A stretch of DNA of 64,000 bases from Candidatus Multivoradales bacterium (GTDB lineage Bacteria; Acidobacteriota; Thermoanaerobaculia; Multivoradales; JAHEKO01), in contig CBDFIJ010000004.1 of the NCBI GenBank assembly GCA_965248055.1, forward strand, positions 1,756,299 through 1,820,298. Direction: 5' to 3'. A program made the translations under genes and the position numbers. The notes beneath the pieces were generated by a model. The model ran no database searches. It was not told the DNA's origin and was given only the letters and a program-made list of their open reading frames with translations. Of the stretch, positions 48,902 through 59,878 are shown one piece after another (position 1 is the stretch's first letter; each line of letters begins with the position of its first letter).

Positions 48902-50107
48902 TCACGGCGCCAATACGTCGACCAACTCGCTCGGATCGCTGGCGTTTCCTGATCGATCCACTGCTGTTACTTGGTAGCTGTACTGCTGGCCCGATGACGC
49001 CGTTTGGTCGGTGAACTCGAGGCTAGAAACCAGCGTCTCGTTCAAAGTTTGAGAGAGCCCACCCTGCGATCGAATCACCGCATAGCCGTCGTGGTCACTG
49101 GGTGGTTGATGGCGCCAGAGCAAGCGGATGCCGGTTGAATCTGGAATCGCTACCAAGGCCGTGGGGGCGTCGGGTGGAAAAACGTCACGATAGAAAACCT
49201 CCCGTTGGCTACCCCAGGCGCTCTCAACCCCTCGGGGCCCAACGGCGGTAACCGCGTACACCCAACGCTGACCCATTTCGGCCGTAGTGTCGAGCAACGA
49301 CGGTGCTTCGGAAGCGGCGACCGCTTGAAAAGGCGCTCCAAATTGAGGATTCTCGGCCCCTCGGCGGTAGATCTTGTAGCCGGTGACCGACTCGTCAGCC
49401 AAGAGATCCCAAGAAATCCGTATTCCCTCGGCGGTTGCCTCGGCCCGCAAACTGACGATCGACTCTGGCGGGGCAATCGGATGGACAGACGTGATATTGG
49501 AAGTTGCCGAATTTCGGTCGTTGGCTTTGACCACCACAGCATACGAATAGATCCACGGGTCCTGTGGAAGCGCCTCGTCGCGCATGCGAATCACGATCTG
49601 GTCGCCGTCAATCAAACGCCCGACATCACTTTGACCATATTCTTTGATGGTCCCGGCAAAACTCTCAAACATACGCTGGTCGACCCCAGGTAATTCGATC
49701 ACCTCTTCACCATCCAGGTCGTTCTCAGCCGACTCCAAGGTCGCAGCGGCATCATCTTCAGCAGGTTCGATTTCAGACGCTGATTCCTCTTCGCCGGCCG
49801 CCTCTAGGGTTTCCTCAGTGAGTTCCCCAGAATCTAGCGCAGCCGACTCCAACAGCTCGGGGGCTTCCTGGTCAAAGCGCAAAATGTTGATTCCTTGCAC
49901 CTCGGTGATCGGCAAACCGCTTTCGGTGACCGACGGATAGCTGAACCGCAGCACGATCTCTGGGCCCTGTTGACTCGCCTGAAGATCGTGAACCGCTGCC
50001 GGAGCCAGCGATGGCGGTGGGACCGGATTGCCTTTGCGACCACAACTCGCTGCCATCAACAGTAAGGCGGAAGCCCAAAGTACTGATTTTGAATACTTAA
50101 AGAACAT
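48902..50107 (-). CDS. Lipoprotein with an acidic linker and fibronectin-III-like repeats
   Basis: Lipobox 'LLMAASC', and repeated 'Y.Y.V.AV...G.ES' beta-sandwich-like segments. Confidence 0.6.
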   Translation of the reverse strand: MFFKYSKSVLWASALLLMAASCGRKGNPVPPPSLAPAAVHDLQASQQGPEIVLRFSYPSVTESGLPITEVQGINILRFDQEAPELLESAALDSGELTEETLEAAGEEESASEIEPAEDDAAATLESAENDLDGEEVIELPGVDQRMFESFAGTIKEYGQSDVGRLIDGDQIVIRMRDEALPQDPWIYSYAVVVKANDRNSATSNITSVHPIAPPESIVSLRAEATAEGIRISWDLLADESVTGYKIYRRGAENPQFGAPFQAVAASEAPSLLDTTAEMGQRWVYAVTAVGPRGVESAWGSQREVFYRDVFPPDAPTALVAIPDSTGIRLLWRHQPPSDHDGYAVIRSQGGLSQTLNETLVSSLEFTDQTASSGQQYSYQVTAVDRSGNASDPSELVDVLAP

Positions 50108-51488
50108 AACGGCTCAAATCTTGGTCGTGAACGATATCGCTGAGCGCCTTGCGCACCGCGGCACCGTCGAGGTTGAGTTCTACTCCGTCCATATCGGGAG
50201 CCTCGAAGGACACTTCTTCCAGTAGCTTTTCCATCAATGTTGCCAGTCTGCGGGCGCCAATATTTTCTGTCGAGTCATTGACCGCAACCGCCAGTTGCGC
50301 CAACTCACGAACCGCATCGTCGCCAAAGGTAACGGTCAATCCTTCGGTCGCCAGCAGCGCCTGATATTGCCGGGTGAGCGCGTTCTCGGGTTCGGTGAGG
50401 ATGCGGAAAAACTCCTCCTCACCCAGCGCCGACAACTCGACTCGGATCGGAAAGCGACCTTGCATTTCGGGAATCAGGTCCGATGGCCGCGCGACGTGGA
50501 ACGCCCCTGCAGCGATAAACAAAATGTGATCGGTGCGTACTGGTCCATACTTGGTGGAAACCGTCGAGCCCTCCACGATCGGTAGCAGGTCGCGCTGCAC
50601 CCCTTCTCTGGAAACATCCGGGCCGCGGCCGTCTTCTCGGGTCGCAATCTTGTCGATCTCATCCAGGAAAACGATCCCGGTTTGTTCCACCCGGTGTCGA
50701 GCTTCGCGCTGAATCTGGTTGCGGTCGATGATGGCGTCCGATTCCTGCTGCAAGAGGACTTCTCTGGCTTGCGAAACCGGCATCGAGGTCTTGCGTCGTC
50801 GGGAGAACAAGTTCGGCATCATGTCCTTGAGACCGGAGCCGATATCTTCGCCACCCCCGGGACCGAAAATCTGAAATGCAGAGCCGGTATCTTCTTCAAC
50901 TTCAATATCGACCTGGGTGTCGTCCAGGCGACCGTCGCGCAAACGCTTACGGTACTTTTCCCGGGTCGAAGAAAGGTCTTGTGGAGCCGCGCCCGGTGGC
51001 GGGTGGGTTGGCGGGGGCGGGCCGGGCACCAAGATCTCCAACAATCGCTCCTCCGCTCGACGTTCGGCTTCTTCCGCCACTTCAGAGCGCATCTCTTCTT
51101 TGACCATCGCCACCGCGATCTCCACCAAGTCGCGAACAATCGACTCGACGTCACGGCCAACATAACCAACCTCGGTAAATTTGCTCGCCTCTACCTTCAA
51201 GAATGGCGCTCTGGCCAGACGCGACAGTCGGCGCGCGATCTCCGTCTTGCCCACTCCGGTGGGGCCAATCATCAAGATATTCTTGGGAACGATCTCGTCG
51301 GCCAAAGACCCTTCGACTCGCTGTCGACGCCAGCGGTTGCGCAAGGCGATCGCCACAGCCCGCTTAGCAGCCGCTTGGCCAATAACATACTTATCCAACT
51401 CCTCGACCGTCTGGCGTGGCGTCAGATCTTCGATCTTCAGAGGTCGCTGGTCGCGACTGGTCAGAGTGTCGACCGGTGCGTCAGTCAT
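50097..51488 (-). CDS. hslU: ATP-dependent protease ATPase subunit HslU
   Basis: '[19 protein letters not shown]' Walker A, and '[15 protein letters not shown]'. The start was chosen at MTDAPV. Confidence 0.95.
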   Translation of the reverse strand: MTDAPVDTLTSRDQRPLKIEDLTPRQTVEELDKYVIGQAAAKRAVAIALRNRWRRQRVEGSLADEIVPKNILMIGPTGVGKTEIARRLSRLARAPFLKVEASKFTEVGYVGRDVESIVRDLVEIAVAMVKEEMRSEVAEEAERRAEERLLEILVPGPPPPTHPPPGAAPQDLSSTREKYRKRLRDGRLDDTQVDIEVEEDTGSAFQIFGPGGGEDIGSGLKDMMPNLFSRRRKTSMPVSQAREVLLQQESDAIIDRNQIQREARHRVEQTGIVFLDEIDKIATREDGRGPDVSREGVQRDLLPIVEGSTVSTKYGPVRTDHILFIAAGAFHVARPSDLIPEMQGRFPIRVELSALGEEEFFRILTEPENALTRQYQALLATEGLTVTFGDDAVRELAQLAVAVNDSTENIGARRLATLMEKLLEEVSFEAPDMDGVELNLDGAAVRKALSDIVHDQDLSRYVL

Positions 51489-52020
51489 CTGCTGAGAGCA
51501 CCTCAATGGTGAGCTGGTCGTTGGTGTAGACACAAATCGAAGCGGCAATCGTCAGAGCTTCGACCGCGATCTCTTGGGCCGATAAATCGGTGTGTTTGAT
51601 CAATGCGCGGGCGGCCCCCAGTGCAATGTTGGAGCCGGAACCGATCGACAGCAGGCCATCTTCATCCGGCGCCATCAGGTCGCCGTTTCCCGAAACCAAG
51701 AAACTCTGACCGGCGTCGGTGACGATCATTTGCGCCTGCAGTTGGCGCAGAGCGCGATCGGTCCGCCAATCTTTGGCCAATTCTACCGATGCTCTCTCCA
51801 GGTTTCCTTGATACTCCTGGAGCTTGCCTTCAAACCGGGAAAACAAGGCCAATCCGTCCGCCGCTCCACCAGCAAACCCCACCAAAGCCTCGTCATTTTG
51901 GGTTCGTAACACCTTGCGTGCACCCGACTTAACAACCGTGTCATTCATCGTCACCTGGCCGTCTCCCGCCAGGCACACCTCACCCTTACGGCGAACCAGC
52001 AAGATGGTGGTCGATCTCAA
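51481..52020 (-). CDS. hslV: ATP-dependent protease subunit HslV. The N-terminus is uncertain, and it may have a propeptide.
   Basis: '[21 protein letters not shown]...GFAGGAADG...GSGS' matches HslV over its full length. No ATG lies directly before Thr-Thr. The candidates are TTG at 52020 or an in-frame ATG about 30 codons upstream. Confidence 0.85.
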   Translation of the reverse strand: MRSTTILLVRRKGEVCLAGDGQVTMNDTVVKSGARKVLRTQNDEALVGFAGGAADGLALFSRFEGKLQEYQGNLERASVELAKDWRTDRALRQLQAQMIVTDAGQSFLVSGNGDLMAPDEDGLLSIGSGSNIALGAARALIKHTDLSAQEIAVEALTIAASICVYTNDQLTIEVLSADD

Positions 52021-52246
52021 GCGTGGGGGATCTGGATTTCCGAAGTGGGCGTTTCCCGAGTCAGCGTTGCCAAAGTTAGGGTTTCCAAGAGTACTGTTCA
52101 TAGACTGAAGTTCATTTGATTGGGCATTTCTCTCACCGCTCGGGATACCAGCGTCAAGCGCGAACTGCGATTGATCACTGTAACCGGTACGGGCGCCGGA
52201 TTGTAACAACCCTTGGCTTCCCGTGGCCGCTCAAAGCTCCCGGAGA

Positions 52247-52783
52247 TTACGCGACCGGTGCATGGTGCGCTTGTACCAAATCTACCAATCCCTGCGCATC
52301 ATCGGGCGTAACTACTACTCCTTCTTCTTGCCAGCCCAGCAACACCGGTCGATCCAAATTGCTGGTGTAGAGCTCAATTTCCCCCAACAGCCGTGAGTCA
52401 TAGCCCCCGGTGGCCACTTGAAATCCAGACCATCGAGTCAACCTGCGCAGATGCTCTGCTTCTTCGTCGGTCAGGTGCCGTGCGAAGTCAGGAAACGGTC
52501 GACGCAGTCGACGGTGGCGCAACTGCAGTGTCACCTCTTCGCCCTCTTTGCCTTTGGACTCCAGCTCGATCCACATCAGATCCAGATCCCGAGACATGCG
52601 AGCGGCATACGCAGTGAGTAAACCAACCAGAGTCATGATCACCGCTGAACCGTACACTCCTTTAATTAACAGCAGAATCGCCACAGCAAGAACCACGATC
52701 GACAGTAGGGTCAAACCTCGACCGAGTCGCCGACGATTGGTCTCTACTGAACCTCTGGGACTGCAGACAAACTTCTTGGCCAT
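52247..52783 (-). CDS. Membrane protein with two transmembrane helices, function unknown
   Basis: Hydrophobic N-terminus. I did not recognise it. Confidence 0.45.
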   Translation of the reverse strand: MAKKFVCSPRGSVETNRRRLGRGLTLLSIVVLAVAILLLIKGVYGSAVIMTLVGLLTAYAARMSRDLDLMWIELESKGKEGEEVTLQLRHRRLRRPFPDFARHLTDEEAEHLRRLTRWSGFQVATGGYDSRLLGEIELYTSNLDRPVLLGWQEEGVVVTPDDAQGLVDLVQAHHAPVA

Positions 52784-53758
52784 CTAACTTTCCTTCACCG
52801 TCATGGTTTCCGCTATCGAATTCACGGTGGGTTCCGGTTCAATCTTGGCGCGCGGATGACTCTTGCGATACACGTGTAGCAGCCGGTCGATATCGACATG
52901 GGTGTAGCGTTGCGTGGTGCTCAAGGAGGCGTGGCCCAACAACTCTTGAATGGTGCGCAAATCCGCGCCTGCTTCCAGCAAGTGAGTGGCAAAACTATGG
53001 CGCATGGTGTGAGGGTGGACTCCCCCAGCTAGCGACGAGGACTCCACATACTGATCGAGAATGCGCCGTACCGAGCGCGCTGTCAACCGCCCACCACGTT
53101 GATTGACGAAGACGCATTGATCATCGTCCCAAGGTCGGCCGGCTAGCACCTGCCATGCTTCCTGCCATTGGCGCAGAGTTTGCGCAGCCGGTTTGCCATA
53201 GGGGACCATGCGTTCCTTGCCACCTTTCCCCACCACCCGCAACGTCCTGCCTCCGGGCTCAAGATCTTTCCAGTTGAGGGAAACCAATTCGCCAACGCGT
53301 AGACCGGTGGCATAGAGCAACTCCAACATAGCTCGATCGCGCCGCGAAACAGGCAGATCCCCCTCGGGAGCCTCGAGCAGCACATTCATCTCAGCGGGTC
53401 GCAAATGGCGTGGCAACTTGCGTTCGCTACGTGGCGTCTTGATGGCTTCGGCTGGACTGGCCTCAAGCACCCCTTCGCGACAGGCAAAGCGAAACACCCC
53501 CTTGAGCGCTGACAAGGTCCGGCCCTGGCTGCTGCGAGCGTTTCCGGAAAGGGCCAAATGAGCCAGAAATGCCCGCAGCGCCATCGCGTCGACTTCCACC
53601 ACCTTGATCTCGGTCAGCTTCTTCTCAAAGTAGTCCCGAGATAGAAATTTCGACAATCGGCGCAGATCACCTTCGTAGGCACGAATGGTGTTTTCTGCCA
53701 GGCGGCGTTCTCCTGCCAAATAATCCAAATAGCGAAATACCAACCGGGGAAGATTCAT
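52784..53758 (-). CDS. xerC: Tyrosine site-specific recombinase XerC/XerD
   Basis: '...RRDRAMLELLYATGLRVGEL...HTMRHSFATHLLEAGADLRTIQELLGHASLSTTQRYTHV' carries the R-H-R-Y catalytic residues. The start was chosen at MNLPRL. Confidence 0.9.
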   Translation of the reverse strand: MNLPRLVFRYLDYLAGERRLAENTIRAYEGDLRRLSKFLSRDYFEKKLTEIKVVEVDAMALRAFLAHLALSGNARSSQGRTLSALKGVFRFACREGVLEASPAEAIKTPRSERKLPRHLRPAEMNVLLEAPEGDLPVSRRDRAMLELLYATGLRVGELVSLNWKDLEPGGRTLRVVGKGGKERMVPYGKPAAQTLRQWQEAWQVLAGRPWDDDQCVFVNQRGGRLTARSVRRILDQYVESSSLAGGVHPHTMRHSFATHLLEAGADLRTIQELLGHASLSTTQRYTHVDIDRLLHVYRKSHPRAKIEPEPTVNSIAETMTVKES

Positions 53759-55137
53759 GTTTGGACCGCTCGCACAGGTTGCTCGACAGCACTGTCCGTC
53801 TCCACCGCAAAATGGTAGGGCAGGCCGTTGGTCGCAGCCCACTGCGCCAGGTGCTGTCGGGCGCGGGCGGCATATGCCGGCCTTCGATCTCGCTTGCGCA
53901 ATCGCTGATTGAGCGCGGGAAACAGACCGAAGTTGATATTGGACGGCTGGTATCTCTGCGGTGAAGAAAGGGTCAGATGCCGCGCTAGAGCCCCGAGTGC
54001 GGTCTCATCAGGAATCAAAGGCAACCGCGTCCCGGCAAGCTCGGCTGCCAGATACAGGCCGACCGCCAGCCCGGTGGCGGACGATTCCAGATAGCCCTCG
54101 ACACCGGTGATCTGTCCGGCAAAGCGGATCTGTGGTTGCGCCTGCAGAGCATACCTGGGGCCAAGATGACGCGGTGCGTTGATGTAGGTGTTGCGATGCA
54201 CCTGCCCCATGCGCACAAACTCCGCCGACTCCAGCCCAGGGATCATCCGTAGCACGCGTTTCTGATCCCCCCACTTGATGCGGGTCTGAAACCCCACTAG
54301 GTTGAACTGGGTTCGGGCGACATCCTCGCGCCGCAACTGAACCACCGCGTAGGGCTTGGACTCACTATCCCAAACATCGTCCGGTGGCTCCAGTCCCACC
54401 GGTTTCATCGGGCCAAAACACAGCGTCTGCACTCCCCGGCGAGCGATCTCTTCCAGCGGCAAGCAACCCTCAAAAAAGAGCTTGGCCTCAAAGTTATGAA
54501 GTTCCGCAGTTTCAGCTCGTAATACAGCGTCAACAAACCGCTGGTAAAGATCCTGGTCCATCGGGCTATTCAGGTAGTCATCACCGTTGCCTTTACCGTA
54601 GCGCGAGCCCCAAAACATCTTCGACAGATCTAAAGACTCGGCGCTGACGATCGGCGCGATCGCGTCATAGAAATAGAGCGACTGCTCGCCCAGAAGCTCC
54701 CGCAATTGGCTGCTCAACGCTTCGCTGGTCAGTGGTCCGGTGGCGATCACCACCGGCCCGTCAGGAATCTCGGTCAGCTCTTCACGCCGCAGCGTGATCC
54801 GAGGATGATTATCGATCGCTGCAGTGACCTTCGCGGAAAATTGGTAGCGGTCCACCGCCAACGCCCCACCAGCTGCCACCGCTGATTGACGCGCCGTCGG
54901 AATCACCAGCGACCCCAACGCCTCCATCTCTCGCTTCAACAGCCCAGCAGGGTGGTTGGGATCATCTGAGCGCAGTGAATTCGAACACACCAACTCCGCC
55001 AAATCCCCGGTCTTGTGTGCTGGCGTCGACCGCTCGGGTCGCATCTCCCACAGATCCACCTCAAACCCGCGCTCAGCAACCTGAAACGCGCACTCCGTCC
55101 CGGCCAACCCGCCGCCGATAATAGTGAGATCAGGCAT
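53755..55137 (-). CDS. trmFO: Methylenetetrahydrofolate-tRNA-(uracil54-C5)-methyltransferase TrmFO
   Basis: 'LTIIGGGLAGTECA' FAD motif and the GidA-related TrmFO core. About 460 aa. Confidence 0.85.
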   Translation of the reverse strand: MPDLTIIGGGLAGTECAFQVAERGFEVDLWEMRPERSTPAHKTGDLAELVCSNSLRSDDPNHPAGLLKREMEALGSLVIPTARQSAVAAGGALAVDRYQFSAKVTAAIDNHPRITLRREELTEIPDGPVVIATGPLTSEALSSQLRELLGEQSLYFYDAIAPIVSAESLDLSKMFWGSRYGKGNGDDYLNSPMDQDLYQRFVDAVLRAETAELHNFEAKLFFEGCLPLEEIARRGVQTLCFGPMKPVGLEPPDDVWDSESKPYAVVQLRREDVARTQFNLVGFQTRIKWGDQKRVLRMIPGLESAEFVRMGQVHRNTYINAPRHLGPRYALQAQPQIRFAGQITGVEGYLESSATGLAVGLYLAAELAGTRLPLIPDETALGALARHLTLSSPQRYQPSNINFGLFPALNQRLRKRDRRPAYAARARQHLAQWAATNGLPYHFAVETDSAVEQPVRAVQT

Positions 55138-55194
55138 ATCGGGATTATGCCACCCGAGTGACTTACCCCTTGACACCAGAGACTGTAGGTATTG

Positions 55195-57774
55195 CTACCG
55201 CTTGCGCGCTTTGCGCTTCGGGGCCTTACCGCGTTCGGCGAGAATCGCCACCGCTTGTTCTTTGGTCATGGTCTCAGCGTCATCGCCTTTGCGCAGCGAT
55301 GCGTTGACCTCACCGTTGGTTAGGTAGGGGCCGAAACGACCGTCGAGCAGGCGCACGGAAAGCTTGTCGTGCTCACCGAAGTCGTTGAGCACTTTGGCTG
55401 TTGCCCGGCCGCGGGTCTTGGGTTGAGCCAGGATGACCAGAGCACGGTCGAGTTCGACAGTGTAGATGTCGTCTTCGACAGACAACGAGCGAGTTTCTTT
55501 GCCAGCTTTGAGATAGGGACCGTAGCGGCCTGAGGCCGCCACCACTTCTTCTTCTGTTTCCGGGTGGACTCCCAGGGTCCGGGGTAGCGAAAGCCACAGC
55601 AACGCATCGTCTAGGGTCACGCTGTCTTCGGTGCGGCCCTTGGGTAGGGATGCGCGCTTGGGCTTGGGTTCCTTAGTTCCTTTTTCTGGTGTTTCGCCCA
55701 ATTGCACGTAGGGCCCGAAACGACCGGTCGCCAGGTAAATCGGTTCTCCGTCCTGGTGCCCTAAGATCTGCGGCCCATCGCTCTGGGTTTCCAGAATCTC
55801 GCGCGCCATCTCGAGTGTCAGATCCGCCGGAGCAAGGCCATCGGGCAACGAAGCGCTTTGCTTGCCGTCACCTTCCCCACGCTGCAAGAACGGTCCGTAT
55901 CGACCAATTCTGACTACCACCGCTCGACCTTCTTCGTCTTCGCCCAGCTCCATGGCTGGGTAGTTGATGAGGTCGGTTTCTTTCTCCAGTCGAGCCTTCA
56001 AGCCCGGGTCGTTGGCGCCACCGAAGTAGAACCCATGTAAGTGATCCAGCCACGGGATCTGACCACTGGCAACATCGTCCAGGGACTGCTCCATAGTGGC
56101 GGTAAAACCCGTGTCAACGTAGTCTCGGAAATGCTTTTCCAACAACAAGGTTACGGCGTGAGCAGTGAAGGTCGGGACCAGGGCGTTGCCTTGTTTTTCG
56201 ACATAACCGCGCCGTTGGATGGTCTCGATAATCGGTGCATAGGTGGACGGTCGGCCGATCCCGAGTTCTTCCAGCAGTTTGACCAAGGTCGCCTCGGTGT
56301 AGCGGGCCGGCGGTTTGGTTTGCTTACCCACCGCGTCGACCAATTGCGGATCGATCGAGCCACCAATGGTCAACGAGGGCAGCAGGGATTCGTCATCTTC
56401 TGTGGAGCGTCCATAGGCGGCCATCCAGCCTGGAAAGTCAATCACCTGACCAGTGGCTTGAAAGACCGCTTCTTTGCCACCGGATTGAACCATTGGGTGC
56501 AAGGTCACTGCGGTCCGCGAGAGCTTGGCGTCGCTCATCTGGCTCGCCATCGTCCGGCGCCAAATCAAGTCGTAGAGTTTGAGTTCGTCATCCTGTAGGT
56601 GGGCTTTGAGGCTGTCTGGAGTGCGCTCCAAACTAGTGGGTCGAATCGCTTCATGGGCCTCTTGAGCGCCTTTGGATTTGGTCTTGTAGCGCCGCTCGCC
56701 AGTAGCGTAGTCCTTGCCGAAGTGACTACCGATGACCTTCTGTGCCTCAGCCAGGGCGCGCTCGGATAGAGTCATGGAGTCGGTTCGCATATAGGTAATG
56801 AGACCTTCATGTCCGCTGCCTAAATCGATCCCTTCATACAGCCTCTGAGCCGCCCGCATGGTGCGCGAAGCACCAAACCCCAGACGCCCGTTGGCTGCCT
56901 GCTGCAGGGAAGAGGTGGTAAACGGAGGCGATGGACGGCGGGTTACCGGCTTGGTTTCGACGTTGGCGACGGTCCAGGGCGTCGACCAGCCGAGCAACAA
57001 CTCGAGAGCTTCTCCCTCTTGCTTGAGCCACAAACGTTTCTCAGGGTTCTTGAGCTCGCCGGACTCGGGATCAAAATCACGACCGGTTGCTAGCGGCTCA
57101 CCAGCCACCGACTTCATCTGCGCCTGAAACGAAATTCCGTCCTTTTCGAGGGTGGCCTCCAAGGACCAGTATCCGGCAGTCATAAATCGGTGGCGATCAC
57201 GCTCGCGTAAAACGCAAAGCCGTACCGCCACACTTTGTACCCGACCCGCCGACAATCCGCGCTGTACTTTCTTCCACAAGACCGGCGAGAGCTCGTAGCC
57301 ATACAACCGATCAATGATGCGCCGATTCTCTTGCGCCCGGATCAGTTGGTAGTCGAGTTCTCGCGGGTTCTCCAGCGCCTCACGCACCGCGTCTTCGGTG
57401 ATCTCGTGAAAAGCAATGCGCTTGACCGGAACTTTGGGCTTGAGCACTTCGACAATATGCCAGCCAATCGATTCGCCTTCGCGATCTTCATCAGTCGCCA
57501 GAATCAATTCGTCGGCGCCAACTAATGCCTTCTTGAGCGTTTGGATGTGTTTCTTGCGATCCGCAGAGATGACATAGATCGGATCAAACTTGTGGTCGAC
57601 GTTGACCCCGAGTCGAGCCCATGGCTCGCCTTTGTGGCGTGCAGGAATCTGGCTGGCACTACCCGGAAGGTCCCGAATATGGCCATAGCTGGCTTCGACC
57701 CGGTATTCGGATCCCAGAAACCGGGCGAGAGTCTTGGCTTTGGCTGGTGATTCAACAACAACAAGTGACGGCAT
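55195..57774 (-). CDS. topA: DNA topoisomerase I
   Basis: Toprim 'LVVVESPAKAKT', catalytic Tyr region 'GLITYMRTDS', and a C-terminal Lys-rich tail. Confidence 0.95.
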   Translation of the reverse strand: MPSLVVVESPAKAKTLARFLGSEYRVEASYGHIRDLPGSASQIPARHKGEPWARLGVNVDHKFDPIYVISADRKKHIQTLKKALVGADELILATDEDREGESIGWHIVEVLKPKVPVKRIAFHEITEDAVREALENPRELDYQLIRAQENRRIIDRLYGYELSPVLWKKVQRGLSAGRVQSVAVRLCVLRERDRHRFMTAGYWSLEATLEKDGISFQAQMKSVAGEPLATGRDFDPESGELKNPEKRLWLKQEGEALELLLGWSTPWTVANVETKPVTRRPSPPFTTSSLQQAANGRLGFGASRTMRAAQRLYEGIDLGSGHEGLITYMRTDSMTLSERALAEAQKVIGSHFGKDYATGERRYKTKSKGAQEAHEAIRPTSLERTPDSLKAHLQDDELKLYDLIWRRTMASQMSDAKLSRTAVTLHPMVQSGGKEAVFQATGQVIDFPGWMAAYGRSTEDDESLLPSLTIGGSIDPQLVDAVGKQTKPPARYTEATLVKLLEELGIGRPSTYAPIIETIQRRGYVEKQGNALVPTFTAHAVTLLLEKHFRDYVDTGFTATMEQSLDDVASGQIPWLDHLHGFYFGGANDPGLKARLEKETDLINYPAMELGEDEEGRAVVVRIGRYGPFLQRGEGDGKQSASLPDGLAPADLTLEMAREILETQSDGPQILGHQDGEPIYLATGRFGPYVQLGETPEKGTKEPKPKRASLPKGRTEDSVTLDDALLWLSLPRTLGVHPETEEEVVAASGRYGPYLKAGKETRSLSVEDDIYTVELDRALVILAQPKTRGRATAKVLNDFGEHDKLSVRLLDGRFGPYLTNGEVNASLRKGDDAETMTKEQAVAILAERGKAPKRKARKR

Positions 57775-57894
57775 AAGTCGAGTAGCTCCACGGAGAGTAG
57801 ATTGGCAAAGCAGTGGTGATGGGCGAATAACAACGCATCGGCGCGGAACTCTCGGGGAAATCATCGCGTTCGTCAACCCATGGCACTCTCCGCG

Positions 57895-59013
57895 CTATCG
57901 CACCAAGCGCCCAAAACGATCTCCTGGTTGCCGACTGATCAAGCCCAATAGCTCCAACTTAGACAACTCCACCAGGAGTTCTTCTATGCGCCGCTCTAGG
58001 GCCTTAGAGAGTTGCTCCACAGATATCGATTCACCCAATGGCGGCAACGCTTCCCACAGTTTTCGGTCGACCTCTTTGGGGATCGCTGAGGAGGCGTCTT
58101 CGGGGAGCTGCAAGCCAGGGATAAAGTCGATCAGGTCCCGGGGTCGATGGGCCACGCCAGCTCCGTCTGAGATCAAGGCATGACAACCCTGAGATCTAAC
58201 ATCAAATATCGACCCGGGGACAGCAAAGACGTCTCGACCGAGATCGAGTGCGAGCCGGGCCGTGATCAGAGATCCAGAGCGAAAGGTCGCTCGCACGACC
58301 AGCACGCTTCGAGCTAGAGCAGAGATCAGATGGTTACGAATCGGGAAGTTGCGAGCCAGGGGTGGTGTTGCGATCGGAAACTGGCTGATCACCGCTCCTT
58401 GACCGGCAATCTGATCGGCCAAGGATCGATGGTGGCGCGGATAAGCGACATCGATACCGCACCCCAAGACCGCGACCGTCTTGCCAGAGGTTTCGAGGGC
58501 TCCTCGGTGCGCCGCACCATCAACTCCGGTCGCCATGCCCGACACCACGGTGGCTCCCGCAGAAGCGAGGCGACGTCCAAATCGCTTTGCTGCTTGGCGT
58601 CCATAGTCGCCGCACCGGCGTGAGCCGACGATCGCGATCGCTAACGTTGGATTCTGCAGACAGGTCGGTGGAAGGCTTCCTCTGACGTACAGCACCGGCG
58701 GAGGAAGCTCAAGGTCAAAAAAAATTGGAGGATAGCCACGGTCATTCCAGGTCAAGATCACGGCCTTGGCGCGATCCGCACCCACTCGTTGTTGTTTGGC
58801 GAGCGAGGCGGCTTTGTCTAAAGCCTGCTCTACTTGCGACCTGCCTTTGAATTGGTTCCAGGCATCGGAACGGAGAAGTTCCGGATCGGCGGCGATTTGG
58901 TAGATGCGATCCAGCGAGATCGACCTCAGGGTGTTGATCGCGATCAATTGATCATCGGACAGCGAGGCATTGGCCAGTAGGTCATCGGACTGCGGTTTAT
59001 CGGAATAATGCAT
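57895..59013 (-). CDS. dprA: DNA-processing protein DprA/Smf
   Basis: 'AIVGSRRCGDYG...VVSGMATGVDGAAHRGAL' is a Rossmann-like DprA core. Confidence 0.85.
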   Translation of the reverse strand: MHYSDKPQSDDLLANASLSDDQLIAINTLRSISLDRIYQIAADPELLRSDAWNQFKGRSQVEQALDKAASLAKQQRVGADRAKAVILTWNDRGYPPIFFDLELPPPVLYVRGSLPPTCLQNPTLAIAIVGSRRCGDYGRQAAKRFGRRLASAGATVVSGMATGVDGAAHRGALETSGKTVAVLGCGIDVAYPRHHRSLADQIAGQGAVISQFPIATPPLARNFPIRNHLISALARSVLVVRATFRSGSLITARLALDLGRDVFAVPGSIFDVRSQGCHALISDGAGVAHRPRDLIDFIPGLQLPEDASSAIPKEVDRKLWEALPPLGESISVEQLSKALERRIEELLVELSKLELLGLISRQPGDRFGRLVR

Positions 59014-59356
59014 CTTTCAAGGTTGGTCAGCGAGGGAGTCGTCCACACTAGGAGACGACCGCCTCTTAAGATGAGACGAAAAGCTCTACCGTGACCTTGC
59101 CGGCGGCGCAATATCAATAACCACAAGCGAAAACTTGAGGCACTGGGTGGCGTATTCAAGGTACGGCACCGCCCTTGCAGCCCCTCGGCCTGCCGACCGA
59201 GCGCTGGGGTTCCGGTTGGCTCAAACTAGATCTACGACAGTGATTGAAACAAGCCCATTGTCAAATTCGGCAGATTCACTGAACCATTTTCGTGTGATGC
59301 GCCCGTATATACTGCCGATGGGTAGTCTTTCGTCACGCACCTGGAGATTTTTTTCC

Positions 59357-59878
59357 ATGGGTAATTACCAATCTTGGCTCTTGGTCCGCAGGCTGGGAGC
59401 GCTTTTCGTTGTTGCGTTCTTAGCACTGCCGATCGGGATCCAAGCAAAACCGGTCGGTCAACTTGGGTTCGGCGCACAGATGGCGTCGCGCGGGCTGTGG
59501 AGCGAAGCCTTGTTTCGTTTTCGTCAGGCGGAAAAAAGCGACCCGGACAACCCGCGCATCCTCAACAACATCGCAGTCTCGCTTGAAGCTCTCGGCCTCT
59601 ACGATGAAGCCCTGGAGCAATATCGCAAAGCGGTCGAGGTAGCGCCCAATTTGGATCACGCCAAGAAAAACTACGCTCGTTTCGTCGACTTCTATCAAGC
59701 CTTCAAAGGCGGTGAGGTCGAGTTATCCGACGACGAAAACGCCGGTGCGCTAGCGGAAGCTGATCCGGAGGCGGCCCAAACAGCCGCGAGTGCTCAGGAA
59801 AGCGGCGAACCTACAGATGGCCAACAGGACGCTGAAGGCAAGCCGGGCAATCTATCGTTGGATGGGGACTTATCATGA
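59357..59878 (+). CDS. Secreted TPR-repeat protein
   Basis: The signal peptide begins at MGNYQSW. There are TPR motifs ('ALFRFRQAEKSDPDNPRILNNIAVSLEALGLYDEALEQYRKAVEVAP'). The 3' end overlaps the next gene. Confidence 0.6.
   Translation: MGNYQSWLLVRRLGALFVVAFLALPIGIQAKPVGQLGFGAQMASRGLWSEALFRFRQAEKSDPDNPRILNNIAVSLEALGLYDEALEQYRKAVEVAPNLDHAKKNYARFVDFYQAFKGGEVELSDDENAGALAEADPEAAQTAASAQESGEPTDGQQDAEGKPGNLSLDGDLS

Noticed and set aside
52030-52110. Sigma32 heat-shock promoter upstream of hslV (CTTGGAAA resembles the CTTGAAA minus-35 element)
   Set aside because: No acceptable CCCCATnT minus-10 element lies at the correct spacing. The region may in fact be coding (the possible HslV propeptide).
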